NCBI GenBank assembly: GCA_951406725.2
Contig: OX597833.1
Span: forward strand, 50,592,001 to 50,656,000
DNA length: 64,000 bases
Direction of reading: 5' to 3'
DNA from: Octopus vulgaris
Lineage: Eukaryota
The stretch's first letter is position 1. Each line of letters opens with the position of its first letter. Shown here piece by piece: positions 13,261 through 28,520 of the stretch. A program made the position numbers and the translations under genes. The notes below the pieces were generated by a model that saw nothing but the letters and a program-made list of their open reading frames with translations, searched no databases and had not been told where the DNA came from.

Positions 13261-14114
13261 GTCGTTGTTGTTGTTGTTGTTGTTGTTGTTGTTGCACTGA
13301 TATATGCACGGATGTGTGTGAAAGTGTGTTGGCATCTGTGTGGTGAGTTTGTTTCTATATATGTTTGTTTTTAAGTATCTACAGAGAAAATTATACTCTA
13401 TATATATACGAGAGTCAGAAATGGTTCAGACCTCACCAGTATAACCGCAAATCGATTTGTACAAATTTCCTATCTACTCCGATACATTTCACATATTAAA
13501 TATAGTCTACCACCTGCTTTGAAGTATATTGAATCTATTCTTCAATAGGGGAATCCCTAACACAACATATTAGGCGTTGTGCATATGTATATGTATGTAG
13601 ATTGTGTATATATGAACCTGTGTGTGTACATGTGTGTGTGTGGGTGTGTTTGTGCGTTTGTGCTCATGTACTTTTCAATGCAGCGGTATTTGTAAGCGTC
13701 GGTATTTTTCGCCAGGTATGATGCACTATTGTCTCCTCACACACCTACATGTAAAGCACAGAGGCACACAAACACACACACACACGCACACACACACACA
13801 TACATATACAGTTCACATAAAGTGTTGATGCTTTTAAATTATGCATATTCTGACGTATGTGCAGCTGTATACATTTCGGTAATCACCGGTGGAATCAGGC
13901 ATATATTGCTTTCGTATTGCTCAGGACAGGATGTTCCTCATAGACATATTACACACGCATCCGCAAACGCAAATATACACAGGCTAATAGACAGACAGAC
14001 AGACACGTTCAAACAATGGCACGGAAATAGACTTGCAGATAAAAAACAAACATACATACATATACACACACAGAATATATATATATATATTTCTATGTAT
14101 ATATTTTTTAATCC

Positions 14115-14310
14115 TTTATTCTTTTACTTGTTTCAGTCATTTGACTGCTGCCATGCTGAAGCACCACCTTTAGACGAGCAAATCGACCCGATGACTTCTT
14201 TGTAAGTCTAGTACTTATTCTATCGGACACTTGTGCCGAACCGCTAAGTTGCGGTGGTGTAAGCACACCAGTACCCGTTGTCAAGCGATGTTGGAGCGAG
14301 GGGACAAACA

Positions 14311-14378
<68 letters not shown>

Positions 14379-14541
14379 CAACGGGCTTCTTTCACCCTCC
14401 ATCTACCAAATCTACTAACAAGGCTTTGTTCAGCCCTAGACTATAGTAGAAGATACTTGCCCAAGGTGCCACGCGATAGGACTGAACCCGGAACCATGAT
14501 GTTGGAAAGCAAGCCACTAACCACACAGCGACTCCTGCACC
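14115..14541 (-). mobile_element. SINE family A (diverged, internal (CA)n)
   Basis: Reverse-complement similarity to family A head and tail. Confidence 0.85.
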
Positions 14542-14693
14542 TATAACGTTAGGTCTAACATATACGTACATACATACATACATACATACATATGAAAATC
14601 CCGATATAAGAAATAGGTGTTGATGACATGTTTGCACGTCATCAGGTTCTAAAACGCATTTAGACACTATAAATGTATAAATATACTTCTATG

Positions 14694-14786
<93 letters not shown>

Positions 14787-14922
14787 TCATATTCATGCAT
14801 ACATGTTTCTTTTCCTTGTAGATATATATTTACATATATACATACATGTAAGCATGTCTCTGCATATATCCATCTGTGCATATATAAACATATCTATATA
14901 CATAGACGCGGGCATATATCCT

Positions 14923-14983
<61 letters not shown>

Positions 14984-15186
14984 GTACACATATACCCACA
15001 AATACGCATGCATATACAGAAACACAATTCCTCATAATTATAGACTCTCATGCATGCAGTGATATGGCCTTTCAGCGCTACCGACCCGTCAATCATCCCA
15101 GCCAGTAGACGAGTAATTACGACTCATCCGTACTCCCCGCTGCATAAATACATAACTATACATACATACATACATACATACATACA

Positions 15187-15222
<36 letters not shown>

Positions 15223-15529
15223 TAATGTATAATTATACATATGTGCATGCATTTGTATAATTACCGTTGGCGGATTAATTTCAATTGATGACGATGCCAC
15301 AGCAAGCCACCAACATCCAATTGGCTGGAACGAGCAATAACCGAGTAATATAAAAGACGTGGTATTTATGCAGGTGTTTGTAACTGTTGACAATTTCCCC
15401 TCCACTTGACGCTCAATTGACCTCGCATGTGTATAAATCGTGCTAATTTATCGATTACGTGATCGGTGTTGTGTTGTTATTGCTGTCTCGAATGGTTTTG
15501 GTGTTATCGCTCTTTTGGTTGGTGGTGAT

Positions 15530-15780
15530 GAAGGTTGTTGCTGTTGTTGTTGTTGCTGAAGATAGTGATGATGTTTGTGATAATGATGATGATGTTGAGG
15601 AGGTGTAGGAGGAGGAGGAAAAATGAGGGTGATGATGTTCTTGATGATAGTGATGCTGATGCTGATGATAATGACGATGATGTTAGTGATGATAGCGACC
15701 GTGATGATGATGGTGATTATGAGGATGATCATGATCAACATGATCATGATGACGATGACGATGATGATGATGACGTCGAC
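15530..15780. repeat. Degenerate (GAT)n/(GTT)n trinucleotide tract
   Basis: Direct inspection. Confidence 0.85.
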
Positions 15781-16073
15781 GATAAGCGGGGTGGACGCAC
15801 CCGCCCCAGACTATTGTATAAACGTAAAGTCGGACGAAATGCCTCTGAGCATTTTAACCGTGCGGTAGCAATTCCACCAGCTCACCGCGTTCTCCCATAG
15901 TTATCATATTGAGAACATTATTGTTAAACTTATCAACGTTGTTTTTGTTTAGCCCCAGGTCAGTACTAAGTGAAAAAAGCCTTTGATCAAAGTTATTGCA
16001 ACCACGACCATCTGGTATTTCTGTTAGAAGTTTGGACACGGTATGTTAAAGACGATATTATACAATGCTGGAC

Positions 16074-16263
16074 AGGCGCAGGCGTGGCTGTGTGGTAAGA
16101 ATGGGCGCAGGCGTGGCTGTGTGGTAAGAAGCTTGCTTCCCGGCCACATGGTTCCGGCTTCAGTCCTACAGTATGTCACCTTGGGCAATTCTCTTTTACT
16201 ATAGCCTCGGGCCGACCAAAAGCTTGTGGGTTAATATGGTAGACAGAAACTGAAAGAAGCCCG

Positions 16264-16268
<5 letters not shown>
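16074..16268 (+). mobile_element. SINE family A, 5' half, with tandemly duplicated head
   Basis: ggcgcaggcgtggctgtgtggtaagaa occurs twice, followed by the family A body. Confidence 0.85.
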
Positions 16269-16296
<28 letters not shown>

Positions 16297-16358
16297 TCAC
16301 CATGATAGATCATTAGCCACTACACACATTTCTTTCTCTCCTTGTTTTTTCTGTGTCC

Positions 16359-16396
16359 CTTTCTGTAGAAGGGCGTAGGCTCGAAACGTAAAAGAC
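16359..16396 (+). ncRNA. Hammerhead-like motif (CUGUAGA variant) in a repeat spanning about 16295-16480
   Basis: CTTT-CTGTAGA-a-GGGC gtag GCTC-GAAA-CGTA-AAAG. Stem I CTTT/AAAG is intact. The element starts right after (TA)n. Confidence 0.55.
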
Positions 16397-16483
16397 TTTT
16401 TCTATTCCTGGGCGTTATACTAATACATGTGTTTGTTTTGTACACCACCTGTCTTCGTCTTTTGTTTTTTTCTTAAGCTTTCC

Positions 16484-16584
<101 letters not shown>

Positions 16585-17262
16585 TGTGTGCATATGTGTA
16601 CAGCAGATAAACCGACAAATCGGCCCTATGCAACTTACGAAGTAATGTGGAGGTACCATTTAGACGTTTAGCTGCAATTTCCAGCAAATCGAAAATCCAC
16701 ATGTAAGAAGAAACTCCTTTCTTGGCTTATGTTGCTAGTGCTGTCTTTTATATTTACTGTATTGCTTAATAGTATTGTTGCTATTGTTGCTATAGCGACT
16801 GTGTTAATTTAGTTTGACTGTTGCTATTGTTGTACAGTCGATACCCCTTGACACCGACGTCGTCGGAAGCATTGCCGTTTGAAAGCGAAGAGACGAGTCG
16901 GACACTGAAATACTTCGTATTTGGCACTCTACCAGTTCCATCAATTCACCGTCTTGGATTTAATCTGTGTACAGTGAATGTACTTTTTATTAATTATACG
17001 TCTGTGCTTGCATGTATGTTGTGCAGGCGTATGTATGTGTTTGTGTGCATATGTGCTTGTGTGTTTCATTCCATATAGTGTCTTATTAGAGCGGTGAGGT
17101 GAGAGAATCTTTAAACGCGTCGAGCAATGCTGCTATCAGCATTGTTTTTCAGCTCCTTACGTTCTAGGTTTCGGGACCGATAAAATAAAGTACCAGTCAT
17201 ATAATCGACTTAACCGCTTCCCCTAGTATATACTAAACTTTGAATTCTTAACAGCGTCATGA

Positions 17263-17720
17263 AGGCGGCGAACTGACAGAATCGTTATTGTGCCAAGGCG
17301 GCAACCTAACAGAAACGTTAGAACGCCGGGTGAAATAATTTGTGGCATTTCGTCTACCGCTACGTTCTGAGTTCAAATTCCGCCGAGGTCGACTTTGCCT
17401 TTCATCCTTTCGGGGTCGATTAAATAAGTACCAGTTACGCATTCGGGTCGATTTAATCGACTTATTCCGTCTGCCTATCCTTGTTTGTCCTCCCTGTGTT
17501 TAGCCCCTTGTGGGTAGTAAAGAAATAGGTATTCCGTCTGCCGTTACGTTCTAAGTTCAATTTCCGCCGTGTTCGACTTGGTCTTTCAACTTTCGGGGTC
17601 GATTAAATAAGTACCAGTTGAACACTGGGGACAGTGTACTCGACTTAATCCGTTTGTCTCCTCTGTGTGTAACCCCTTGTGGGCAATAAAGAAATAAGAA
17701 ACGTTATTGCACCAGATAGA
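17263..17720 (+). mobile_element. SINE family C, two-unit concatemer
   Basis: Duplicated head, then two bodies of about 180 bp containing ctttgcctttcatcctttcggggtcgattaaataagtaccagtt. Confidence 0.85.
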
Positions 17721-18208
17721 AATCTTTACTGCATCTCTTCTGGTTCAAATGCCGCTTCTGAGTTCAAATGCCGCTGAGATCGACATTATGCAGCATTCTT
17801 CCGGGGTCGCTAAAATGATTCCCAGTTGAGCTCTGAGGGTCAATGTAATCGGCTAACTCCTCCATAATTTCAGGCCGTGTTTCTATAGTAGAAAGAATTT
17901 TCTCGGTGGTGAGATGGACAAAATACTTAGGCGGCATTTCTTCCGGCTTTGACGTTGTAAGTTCAAATCCCACTGAGGTCGAATTTGGTTTCCATGACTT
18001 CGGCGCTGGTAAAATAAAGAACCAGTCATGTAGTAAGGTCGATGCAGCCGACATGGACCCTTTTTCTAAAATTGCTAACTTGGTGCAAAAATTAGCAGGA
18101 ATTGTATATTTGTACAAGTCTGTGTGCAAATACGTGTGTGTGTGTGTGTGCGTTCGTGTGTATATGTTTGTGTGTGTGTGTGTATGTTTGTGTGTGTGTG
18201 CGTATGTT

Positions 18209-18256
<48 letters not shown>

Positions 18257-19058
18257 TTAGCGTACGTGCGTTTCATTCCATTCCATATGTCTATTTAATT
18301 ACTGTGTCTTATTTCTTTTCAACACTGACACGCTATTATATAAAACAAATGCCGTGATAGAACATGAAATCACGTTTTTTTCCTCCACCACACAAAAAAT
18401 CTCCTTCATTCTCTTCTTACTCCACTGTTTGCTATTACCCTCTTTGTTTCACAACGAAATATAAACCTCTAAAAACTTCGTCTCTGTACTTCCTTTTACA
18501 TGTTGACATAATACAAGTAATATGCCTACAAATAACATGGCTACATTTTTCTTTCCCAATACATAAAGACAGACAAATTCTGCCACAGTAATTGTTCTGA
18601 ACATTGCTCGTCTTACCCATATTGTTTTTCTTATAATTCTTCATTTTCGTTTTTTTTTTACGTTAGTACCATTACTATTGTTTTAGTAACTTCCTACCCG
18701 TTATCTCTACTGCCTCCTCTTCTCTCTCCTCTGTTCTAATTTCCACAGTAACCAACCATAAAATATGGGTTTTTTTGTTGTTATTACGAGCATTCGCCTC
18801 CGCCGCACTTGCTTCACATTCGCATATCTCCTTCCATATTTTTCGCACATAATCATAGAGTCATTAATCTTCATGTCTTCCTCAATGCCGCTGTAGGTAA
18901 ATGAAGGCTTTAATGCTTTTATACACAGCTCGTAACATACAAACAGATCTAACTATATATCCGTTTACATACAAATATATATGCGTGTTAATACAGATAT
19001 ATATATATACACGCGCATATAGATATAGATATACATATACATATATACATATATACAT

Positions 19059-19125
<67 letters not shown>

Positions 19126-19260
19126 AGTATATATATGTATATATACACACGCACACACGTGCGCACTGATTCAAATATACACTCATAAATAGGCAATGGC
19201 CTCTCACATTTCTGCGTTGGTATTTCATGTACCACAGCCGTTACATGTACATATTACATA

Positions 19261-19344
<84 letters not shown>

Positions 19345-19430
19345 CATACATATTTCTGTGTGTGGGTGTATGTATATGACTACATACAAGCATATATGCA
19401 TGAATACATGTATATCTATATATGTGTATG

Positions 19431-19481
<51 letters not shown>

Positions 19482-19849
19482 GTATGTGTATATATGTTTG
19501 TGTTTGAATACAATGTATTTAAACAGCTTTGATTGTATACTTGGCTAAACGCACATAAAGACACACAAACATACACACACACACACACACGCGCACACAC
19601 ACACAAATACAGATAATTATGTATATAACCGAAACTAACAATAACATTGAGGAACATAAATAGAAAGATAAAGCAAAGTCGTAGGTGTGTCTGTGTTTTG
19701 TGAATGTATCTTCATAAGAGGAATTCTTATAAAAACAAATGAGCATAAGCAGTCACATACCCATGCAGATATAAAACTGCACATTTGTACTAACACGTAT
19801 ATGTATTGTGAGATCATTATGCGCTTTTGAGCGTGAGCGTATACATATA

Positions 19850-19874
19850 TATATATGTAGATATAGATAGATAG

Positions 19875-19928
<54 letters not shown>

Positions 19929-19960
19929 CATGTATATATATATATGTATATATGTATGTA

Positions 19961-20009
<49 letters not shown>

Positions 20010-20340
20010 ACATATATATGTATGTATGTATGTATATATATATATGTATGTATGTATGTATATATATATATATATGTATGTATGTATATATATGTATGTA
20101 TGTATGTATATATATGTATATGTATGTACATATGTATGTATATATATATGTGCATGTATACATATATGTATCTATGTATGTATATATATATGTATGTGTA
20201 TATATATATGTATGTATACACATATATATATATATATATGTATGTATCTATATATATATATATGTATATATGTATATATGTATATATATATGAATCTATA
20301 TATATATATATATGTATATATATGTACATATATATATTTA

Positions 20341-20390
<50 letters not shown>
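19850..20390. repeat. Long compound (TA)n/(TATG)n microsatellite
   Basis: Direct inspection; source of several artefactual YIYI ORFs. Confidence 0.95.
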
Positions 20391-20843
20391 TGCCCCAGCA
20401 TGGCCACAGCTCATGTGCTGAAACTAGAATCAATCATAGGCATACACATGCATAAAGATACGTATCTGTGTGTATGCGTGTGTGAGTATGTCTTTCCAAC
20501 TTCGTGTTTACGCGTTGATGTTCTTGACACAATACAGACAAAAAACCTAGATAGTTTCGCAGTCAAAATGATAATTTAGTCGATCAGTAAAATATAGATT
20601 AATGGCAGAAGTACCAGACTGCGATAAGTAGAGGCGTCGTGTAAGAATTATAAAATAAAACTTTGAACATTGTGCTCGAGCTTTTCTGCACAATGGTGAC
20701 TAAAATTAGCGGAAGCATAAAACTATAAGTATGTGCGTTTGTTTGTGCATACATCACACATATACACATACACACAAACACACACACACACACACACACG
20801 TACACACACCTATGGATGTGTATGTATGTATGTATATATATAC

Positions 20844-20877
<34 letters not shown>

Positions 20878-21037
20878 ATATATATATGTATGTATATCCA
20901 TTGTCGTTAGTCCGACAAAATTATTTTGTTTCGCTTATATGGTTAGGTACATAACGCAGGTTCTTTGAACATTTCTCCCACTAGGATATATATATGTGTG
21001 TTTGTGTGCGTGTGTGCGTGTGTGTGTGTGTGTGTGT

Positions 21038-21085
<48 letters not shown>

Positions 21086-23367
21086 ACAAACATATGCATA
21101 TACAAGCACGCAAACATACGTACGTATATGATTGTGTATCTTTCAGAGAGTGAAAGGTTTTGCCATTGTTATGTTTGTCACAAATCTGATGATTGCAGTT
21201 TTTTTTAAAGTTAGGTGTTCAAATTATTATCCCAGCTATTTTGATTTACTTTGCTGCATTGTGTTTAATGAGACCAGATTGGTCTCATTTCATTCATCTC
21301 AACACAAATTGTGCTTGAAAGGAACTAAGAGAAACCTTGTTCTGTGTAATCCCGACTACTCAGTGTTTCGTGATATCGTGAGGATTTGTGGTCACATTGC
21401 GTAATCGTTGCAGTGAATTAGGAAGCATCGCACCTCAATCTATTTTCCTTTTAATTCAGAGGATTGGTTGCAGGCTGAATATTTGTTTTAATACGACGAA
21501 AAAAGAAATGAAAAATAACTTGAAGTAGCATATGTACAATACATTTTGTTTTGTCAGATGTATTGAAACCATTTCCATGGAATAGATATAAAAAAAAAAA
21601 AAACAGAAATAGAAACAACGATGGTACCTCTTCGTTTGATCCTGATCTGGTACTCTTGCACATTTGAATCTCCTTCAAATACGAAAAGCTTACACTCGAT
21701 AAAATAGAAACAGAATAGTCATACCTAGGAGGCTTTTGATCATAGCTTTGGTCGATCGCGCCTAAACAACAACGATAGACACACACACACAACCCTACCT
21801 AAATGCCCCCAATGTTTCCACCTACACTGATGTGGCTCTTGCTTCCTCATCCTTTACCGGTATGCTCTCAATTGTGATTCTTTCAGCACCAGGCTAGACA
21901 TTTAAGGCAAAGAGTAGACGATTATATCGAACCAAGAACCTATCCGGTATTGATTTTATCGACCCAAGAATAATAAATGGTAAAAATGACTTCGATGAAA
22001 TTCGAACTCAGTTCACACAGTGACCTAACTAAATACCGTAATTCGTTTGCCCATTGTTAGATAACAATTCTAACTATAAAATACCAGAATCGATAATTAT
22101 TTTGCAACCGCATAACTGTGAACTAAAATACCGCTGGAGAAACTATGTCACTCATAGACGTTACAATTGACTTTAGCTAGAAAAAGAACCAACGATGCTA
22201 TGTTGCTCTGTGTAACACACGCGAGCTCCAGCAGGCTATGTTATCGTATTTTAAAGTCCTTCCTTTTATTTCACTTAAGCGAGCTGGTAACCGGTGATCT
22301 AGAGTACACTAATTTCGGGATATGAAGCAAAATATTCAGTGATACGTATCCCTCTTATGGATTACGAAAAGCAAAATCAAAAAATTTTTCAGGCGGTTTT
22401 TATCTTTTTCCCTTTTCGCCCCCTTCTTTTGTCTAAGATCTTATACTTTCTATACTTTCTTTTACAGAAATGTTTTGAGAAATTTATTTCATTTCCAAAT
22501 TGATAATTTAAATGAATAATTAATTTAGATTGGGTTAAATGGCATCGTTTTAATGACATCCAAACTTTAAAAAATAATTCTCATAAATTGAAGCTAAATA
22601 TAATCTATAATTCTTTTTTTCTTCTCTTTGTACTGGTTAATGAAGAGGTTGAAGGTGTCACACGCAGAGCAACAATTAAAAGAATTACCGAATTTTCTTC
22701 ATAAAACCTGTATGAATTTTGACAAATTGTTCAAGAGATCGCACGCATAAAACAAATGTGTATGAGAGTACTTTAAGTCTAATACACAAAATTATGTGTG
22801 TGTAATGGTGTTGAATTACGCCCCGCTTTTCTCTTTTTGAATTTAATTTTGTTGTAGAGCAACTGATTATTCATGATCGATATCAAACCAAAGATAAAAT
22901 CTTAAAATAACACGTTCTAAAGTAAACGCTTAAAGGTCTCACCACGATCTATAACAAGAGATTGACTTTACACCTCACCACGCACTGTAGAAATAGACGC
23001 CACAAGCCCTATTACCACCTTAAAATCTCCGAGACTAACACATTATATTGTAGGCGAGCAAAATAAAAATAACGAATCAACAACTTTTCGGTTAACTGCG
23101 TACAAGATCCTGCATAAAAGATCAAGCTTAAAGTAAAGAAATATTACTCACTGCTCTCATCAGTGACGGTATTCCATAGCATAAATTTACGAGTACCTCA
23201 AAATATGCATGCGAGCTGCGACGTCGCGTAAACAATATCCATCAACACTCGTAGAAATTTTTGCACAGAAGAATTCACATATTTCTTTTATACCCACGTG
23301 TAGTGTGTCAAGATCTAGGCGACAGTTAATATACTTTCGATCAGGGAGTAAATTTTTCAAATATTAA

Positions 23368-23674
23368 TTGTTGTTGTTGTTCCTTCTCGAGCCATGCCTG
23401 GCTCATGAGGTCCGGTTTCCCGGTTTCTTGGCGTATAGGTTCCCCACCTGGACGGGACGCCGGTCCGTCGCAGGTGGGCTGCAAGATGCAGGAGGAAAGA
23501 GTGAGAGAAAGTTGTGGCGAAAGAATCAGCAGAAGTTTCGCCATTACTTTCTGCCGAAGCTGCGTGGAGCTTAGGTGTTTCGCTCATAAACACACACATC
23601 GCCCGGTCTGAGATTCGAACTCGCGATCCCTCGACCGTGAGTCCGCCGCTCTAACCACTAGGCCATGTGCCTCC
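23368..23674 (-). mobile_element. SINE family B variant with (CAA)n tail
   Basis: Head ggaggcacatggcctagtggttagagcggcggactc...gttcgaatctc; body includes cctgcgacggaccggcgtcccgtccagg. Confidence 0.85.
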
Positions 23675-23744
23675 ACAAATATCAATTATATTAAAGGGTA
23701 AAAATCATTAATAATTTTACCCTAACCCTAAACCTATCTATCAC

Positions 23745-24945
23745 ATTCGAAAACGCTCACAAAACTGCTAACCTTATTGACGCAACTTTAAACTTATCAA
23801 TCTCCCAATACTCTCCGTACCACAAACCTAACCAATATCTTAAATAGCTTAACATTCACTCCAGTTACCACAAATCCACTTTCGATAAAATAATTAAGGG
23901 CATCTCAACCCGCATATCCGGCCTCTCTTCCACTGAGTAAATTTTCAATAATCCCGCACCATATTATTATCAAACACTCGCCACTAGCAGCTTTTCCCAA
24001 CAAATAGAATACATCCATAACACCAGGCTCAAAAAATACATATCACAAATCACATCTCAAACACGCACCAACCAAGGCTCAAAAAATACATATCACAAAT
24101 CACATCTCAAACACGCACCAACCATCATAATCGCAACCAACCACACACATTCGTCGATGGAACTCTGGAAGGATTTAAACCTAGGCTACCTAGACTCCCC
24201 CACCACTTTCATTTAACACTATGTCAAAAACGAAAGCAGCAACAGGCCTCACCACTCATATATTCTCCAACAATATAGATAGCACTCCTTTATCGAAAAA
24301 CTTACATAGTGCTACTCCCAGATCCCCTAAAAAAGCAGCAGACGCTCTATTCTGTGGTACGCACCCTCATGCTCACTTAACGTTAAGAACTTAGCTAAAT
24401 CCTTCTTTAAAATACTAGACTCTAACTTCCCTCGGCAACATAAATATCATTCTATCTTTAATTGATCCACTCTGAAACTATCTTCTTCTACCCCACCCAA
24501 CTTCGAATCTATTGTAGCAGCCTCTAATAAGCAAAAGCTTTCTCTTTGCTCTCAAAACTCACATAATTACAACTCTAGTCATACGAACACTCAACACACA
24601 CACAGCTCCAGCACAGATACCCTTACATTAGACCATAACCACAGCTCAACCCATCCTACTGACACTGTCCGGAACACCATCACAATCTCTACCACCCTTA
24701 ATAGTAATAATAACAATGATGGTAATGATAATAATCTAAAATGGTAATAATCTAAAATCTTCTACTGACGATATTACCTCCTCTATCCCTGAACACATTC
24801 CCCAAAATTCACCAAACTGTAATTGCCGTGCTGGAACCACCTGCCCGTTACAAATCTACTGCAGAATAATAATGTAATTTACAAATGCACTGTCTTTAAT
24901 CTATTAGACAACTCTACAGTCATATACGTAGGATCAACCATAAGT
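23745..24945 (+). mobile_element. Degraded PLE: RT thumb, linker and start of GIY-YIG endonuclease
   Basis: Translation gives DATLNLSISQYSPYHKPN, GISTRISGLSSTE, RRSILWYAPSCSLNVKNLAKSFFKILDSNFP, NCNCRAGTTCPL and VIYKCTV...IYVGST, with stops and frameshifts. Contains a tandem duplication of about 51 bp at 24024-24124. Confidence 0.85.
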
Positions 24946-26834
24946 ATGAAATGCAGATCGAAATACACCAGGTTGACCTACTAACATGTGAATTTACTGA
25001 GGACATCCCTGCTACAGTGAAAACAAGCTGAGAAACAAAGCCCCCTCGTCGATCACGCAAGTGAGCTATTATAGTACAGCTGACTACATACCAAAGTCAA
25101 AGGAAGGGGAAAATATTTATAATAAGGTTTCAGGCTTAAAGTCTTGCTTTGAAAGTGAAGTGAAAGGTAATTCACCTACGAGAAAATAAGAAGAACATAG
25201 AAAATGAAGAGCATTGGATATTTCTACATAGTAGTCCAATATCATGGCATGAAGGCTCTTGAGATTGAGGCTAAGTTGAGACAAGGACTAACTTTCATTG
25301 GCAAAAGAGTTAGCGGAAAGTTTATGTTTATTCTTAGGAACTTGGTCCCTTGCCTGAGCTGTTACAGCAACTCCCAGTGTATGGAAAAAACGTAAGCAAT
25401 ACTGGAAAGACTAGGGAGTCCCGTGAGTAGTCTGATGCACTTCCATCCTTTAGAGTAATCGTGCTGTATAGTGCAATTGGAGGACTTTAGCCGTGGTAAT
25501 CTTCGGTTGCGAAGGAATTGAAAGATTCAAGAAGCCCGATACCACATGATGCTTCGAGATTCGACATCTCTTGGTGTTAACGTGCCCCAACTAACAGAGT
25601 TGACAGGAAGAGGAAAGACAGTGAGAAAGGTGGTGAGCTACCGCCATTTCCACCACATCATTTAATTTAATTAAATGATCTATGCCGGTTTGATTAGAAC
25701 ATGCGAGAATATGATTACTTTCAATTCTAAAACCATTATGAAGACAAGTGGTTTTCATGCGATATTCTATAAAAAGCAAACCACAAAGAAAGCCAACACA
25801 CACGCATACACGCAAACGTACACACACATACATGGGTACACACACATGCCCAGACACACATATGCACACTTACATATACACATGAACATAGATGGGTATG
25901 TATATGTATAAAACCTTGTACGCTTATATGAGTGTATGTACCGATATTTGTGTGCACACACACATACGCACACGCACACACACACACACACGCACACACA
26001 CACACAACATGCACACGCACACACACACACGCACACGCACACGCACGCACACACATGCAAACGCATGCACGCACACACGCACACGCACGCACACACATGC
26101 ACACGCACACACACACACGCACACGCACACACACATATATACATTCATATAATGCAATATATATTCAGTGATTCTGTGAGTTCATGGAGGGGTGTCTGTA
26201 GAAGGTGTTGCTATATGTGTGTGGGGTGTGTGTGAGTATGTATGTGTATGTGTGTGTGTGTGTGTATCTGGCTATGCATGTGTATGTATCTGTGTGCTTA
26301 TCCATATATGTGCATGCTATAAAAATCATCTGCTTGTTCATTATAATTTCGTTTGAAATAATGACAAAGACACCACTTCGAAATACATTTAGCTTCTTTT
26401 TTTTTTCTTCCTAAAGCCTGTTAAAATCTGATGTTGAGAATAGCTATCATATCTTGATTACATCATATCAATAGGAGACGAGTGACAAGGAAAGATTATA
26501 AAAATAATCTTAGAATCGGAAGAAGATATGATTTAACGATTAGTCACTCTCTTATCCCAATTCATATTTGCGTAGCATTTTTCTTTCTTTCTTTTACGTT
26601 TTGTTATCGAAAGAAAGTTGGATATTTGAGGCTGGAAACAAGTTTCTAAACGCATGTCAAACATAGCGATGGCTTTTGTATATCATGAATAATAAGGGCT
26701 TATAAATTTATTGTTATATCAGTAGATTGATAGATCTATGCTCAACAAACATACATGTTTCTGCGTGGTCTTGGTCACGTCCGTTAAACCAAACTGATGA
26801 ACATACGTAAAAACACATTCTTGCATATATTATA

Positions 26835-27234
26835 CTAGCAGTATCGCCCGGCGTTGCTCGGGCTTGTAAGGGAAATAACTATATAAGCATTTTTAGAGAT
26901 GTAAAGTATAATAGCCATCTCAATATGGCTAACCACAAAAGGGGGTGGGGTGTTACTGTAGCTTTTTACGTTCTGAGATTTAATAATAAATTTTTAGAGA
27001 GTTACTTCCCTTATATATGCCAAAAATGCATTAAAAATGGGAAAAATTGATGGTAAATTTTTTTTAAAATCCTAGACTCATCGTAGACGCGCGCTAAAAC
27101 CCAGAAGGGCTCGATATGCATCACGGCTATAAGATACCCGGTTCTGGTTAAACTGCACCGCAAAATGTGGGAGTAGTTAGGAATCTAAATCGTAGGAGAC
27201 AGACAGCACACAACCTCACTTTTATATATAAAGA
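26835..27234 (-). mobile_element. Non-autonomous Helitron
   Basis: Minus strand starts a|TCtttatatataa and ends cccgagcaacgccgggcgatactgCTAG|t, the same 3' terminus as 7693-8058. Confidence 0.8.
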
Positions 27235-27619
27235 TATAATCTACTTTATATGCATAGATACATTAAAAAGAACATACATGCATACGTGTGTTTGTATAGG
27301 AGGTTAGGTGCGTGCCCTGGTGGTTAGGATGTTGTAGTGATGATAAAAAAATTGTGGGTTCCATTCGTGTGCTAAGTGAAGTATCGTGTCCTTGACCAAA
27401 ACACTTCATTTTGGCGTTGCTCCAGTCCATTCAGCAGGTAAAAATGAGTAAGTAATCCTGCGACGGATCAGCATCCTGTCCAGCCGAAAAATATATACAC
27501 CACACGGAATCCGGAGACCGGCCTTATATGCACATGGCTCGCGAAGGAACACTATGTTATATTAAATTCCTACTTTTATTTACAATATTAACATATGTAT
27601 TTACAATATTAACAGGAGT

Positions 27620-27988
27620 AGGAGTGGCTGTATGGTAAGTAGCTTGCTTACCAACCACATGCTTCCGGGTTCAGTCCCACTGCGTGGTACCTTGGGCAAG
27701 TGTCTTCTACTATAGCCTCGGGTCGACCAAAGCCTTGTGAGTGGATTTGGTAGACGGAAACTGAAAGAAGCCCGTCGTACATACGTGTGTATGTTTGTGT
27801 GTTGTATTTGTCACCCCAAGCATCGCTTGACAACCGATGCTGGTGTGTTTATGTCCCCGTAAGTTAGCGGTTCGGCAAAAAGAGACCGATATAATAACTA
27901 CTAGGCTTACAAAGAATAAGTCCTGGGATCGATTTGCTCCAGCATGGCCTCAGTCACATGACTGAAACAAGTAAAAGAGTAAAAGAGT
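27620..27988 (+). mobile_element. SINE family A
   Basis: Family A head, body and (taaaagag)n tail. Confidence 0.9.
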
Positions 27989-28194
27989 ATATATTTATAA
28001 ACTGTTATAAAATTTAGCTTATATTTACGATAAGGTTACAAAGATAATAGATGTGATATAGTGGAATACATCTGTGACCACGTTGTAGATAGAAGTACGA
28101 TGAACATTTTTAGTGATTCATAGTGTATAATCCTATTCAGAAATGCAGCAAACATTTATTCAATATGATACATGTATTTTAAGTAGCTAATATT

Positions 28195-28520
28195 TTTATT
28201 TATTTATATATTTATTTATGCGCCCTTTTCAAGCCTAGCCAAGCTCATGCGCCCGGTTTCCCGGTTTCTATGACGTATGTGTTCCCTCCAGCTGAACGGG
28301 ACGCCAGTCCATCGCAGCGTTACTCAAGAAACAGGAAGAAAGACTGAGAGAAAGTTGCGGCGAAAGAGTACAACAGGGGTCGCCACCAACCCCTGCCGGA
28401 TCCTCGTGGAGCTTTAGGTAATTTCGCTCAATAAACACGCACATCTCCCGGTCTGGGAATCGAAACCGCGATCCTCCGACCGCGAGCCCGCAGCCCTAAC
28501 TATTGGGCCATTGCGCCTCC
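28195..28520 (-). mobile_element. SINE family B
   Basis: Full head, body and tail; flanking agctaata duplicated at about 28185 and 28523 (TSD). Confidence 0.9.

Noticed and set aside
15535-15900. Acidic poly-Asp ORF (similar case at 37512-37775)
   Set aside because: Derived from (GAT)n low-complexity sequence.
21380-21440. Possible pre-miRNA hairpin
   Set aside because: Pairing is short and interrupted, and I recognise no known mature miRNA.
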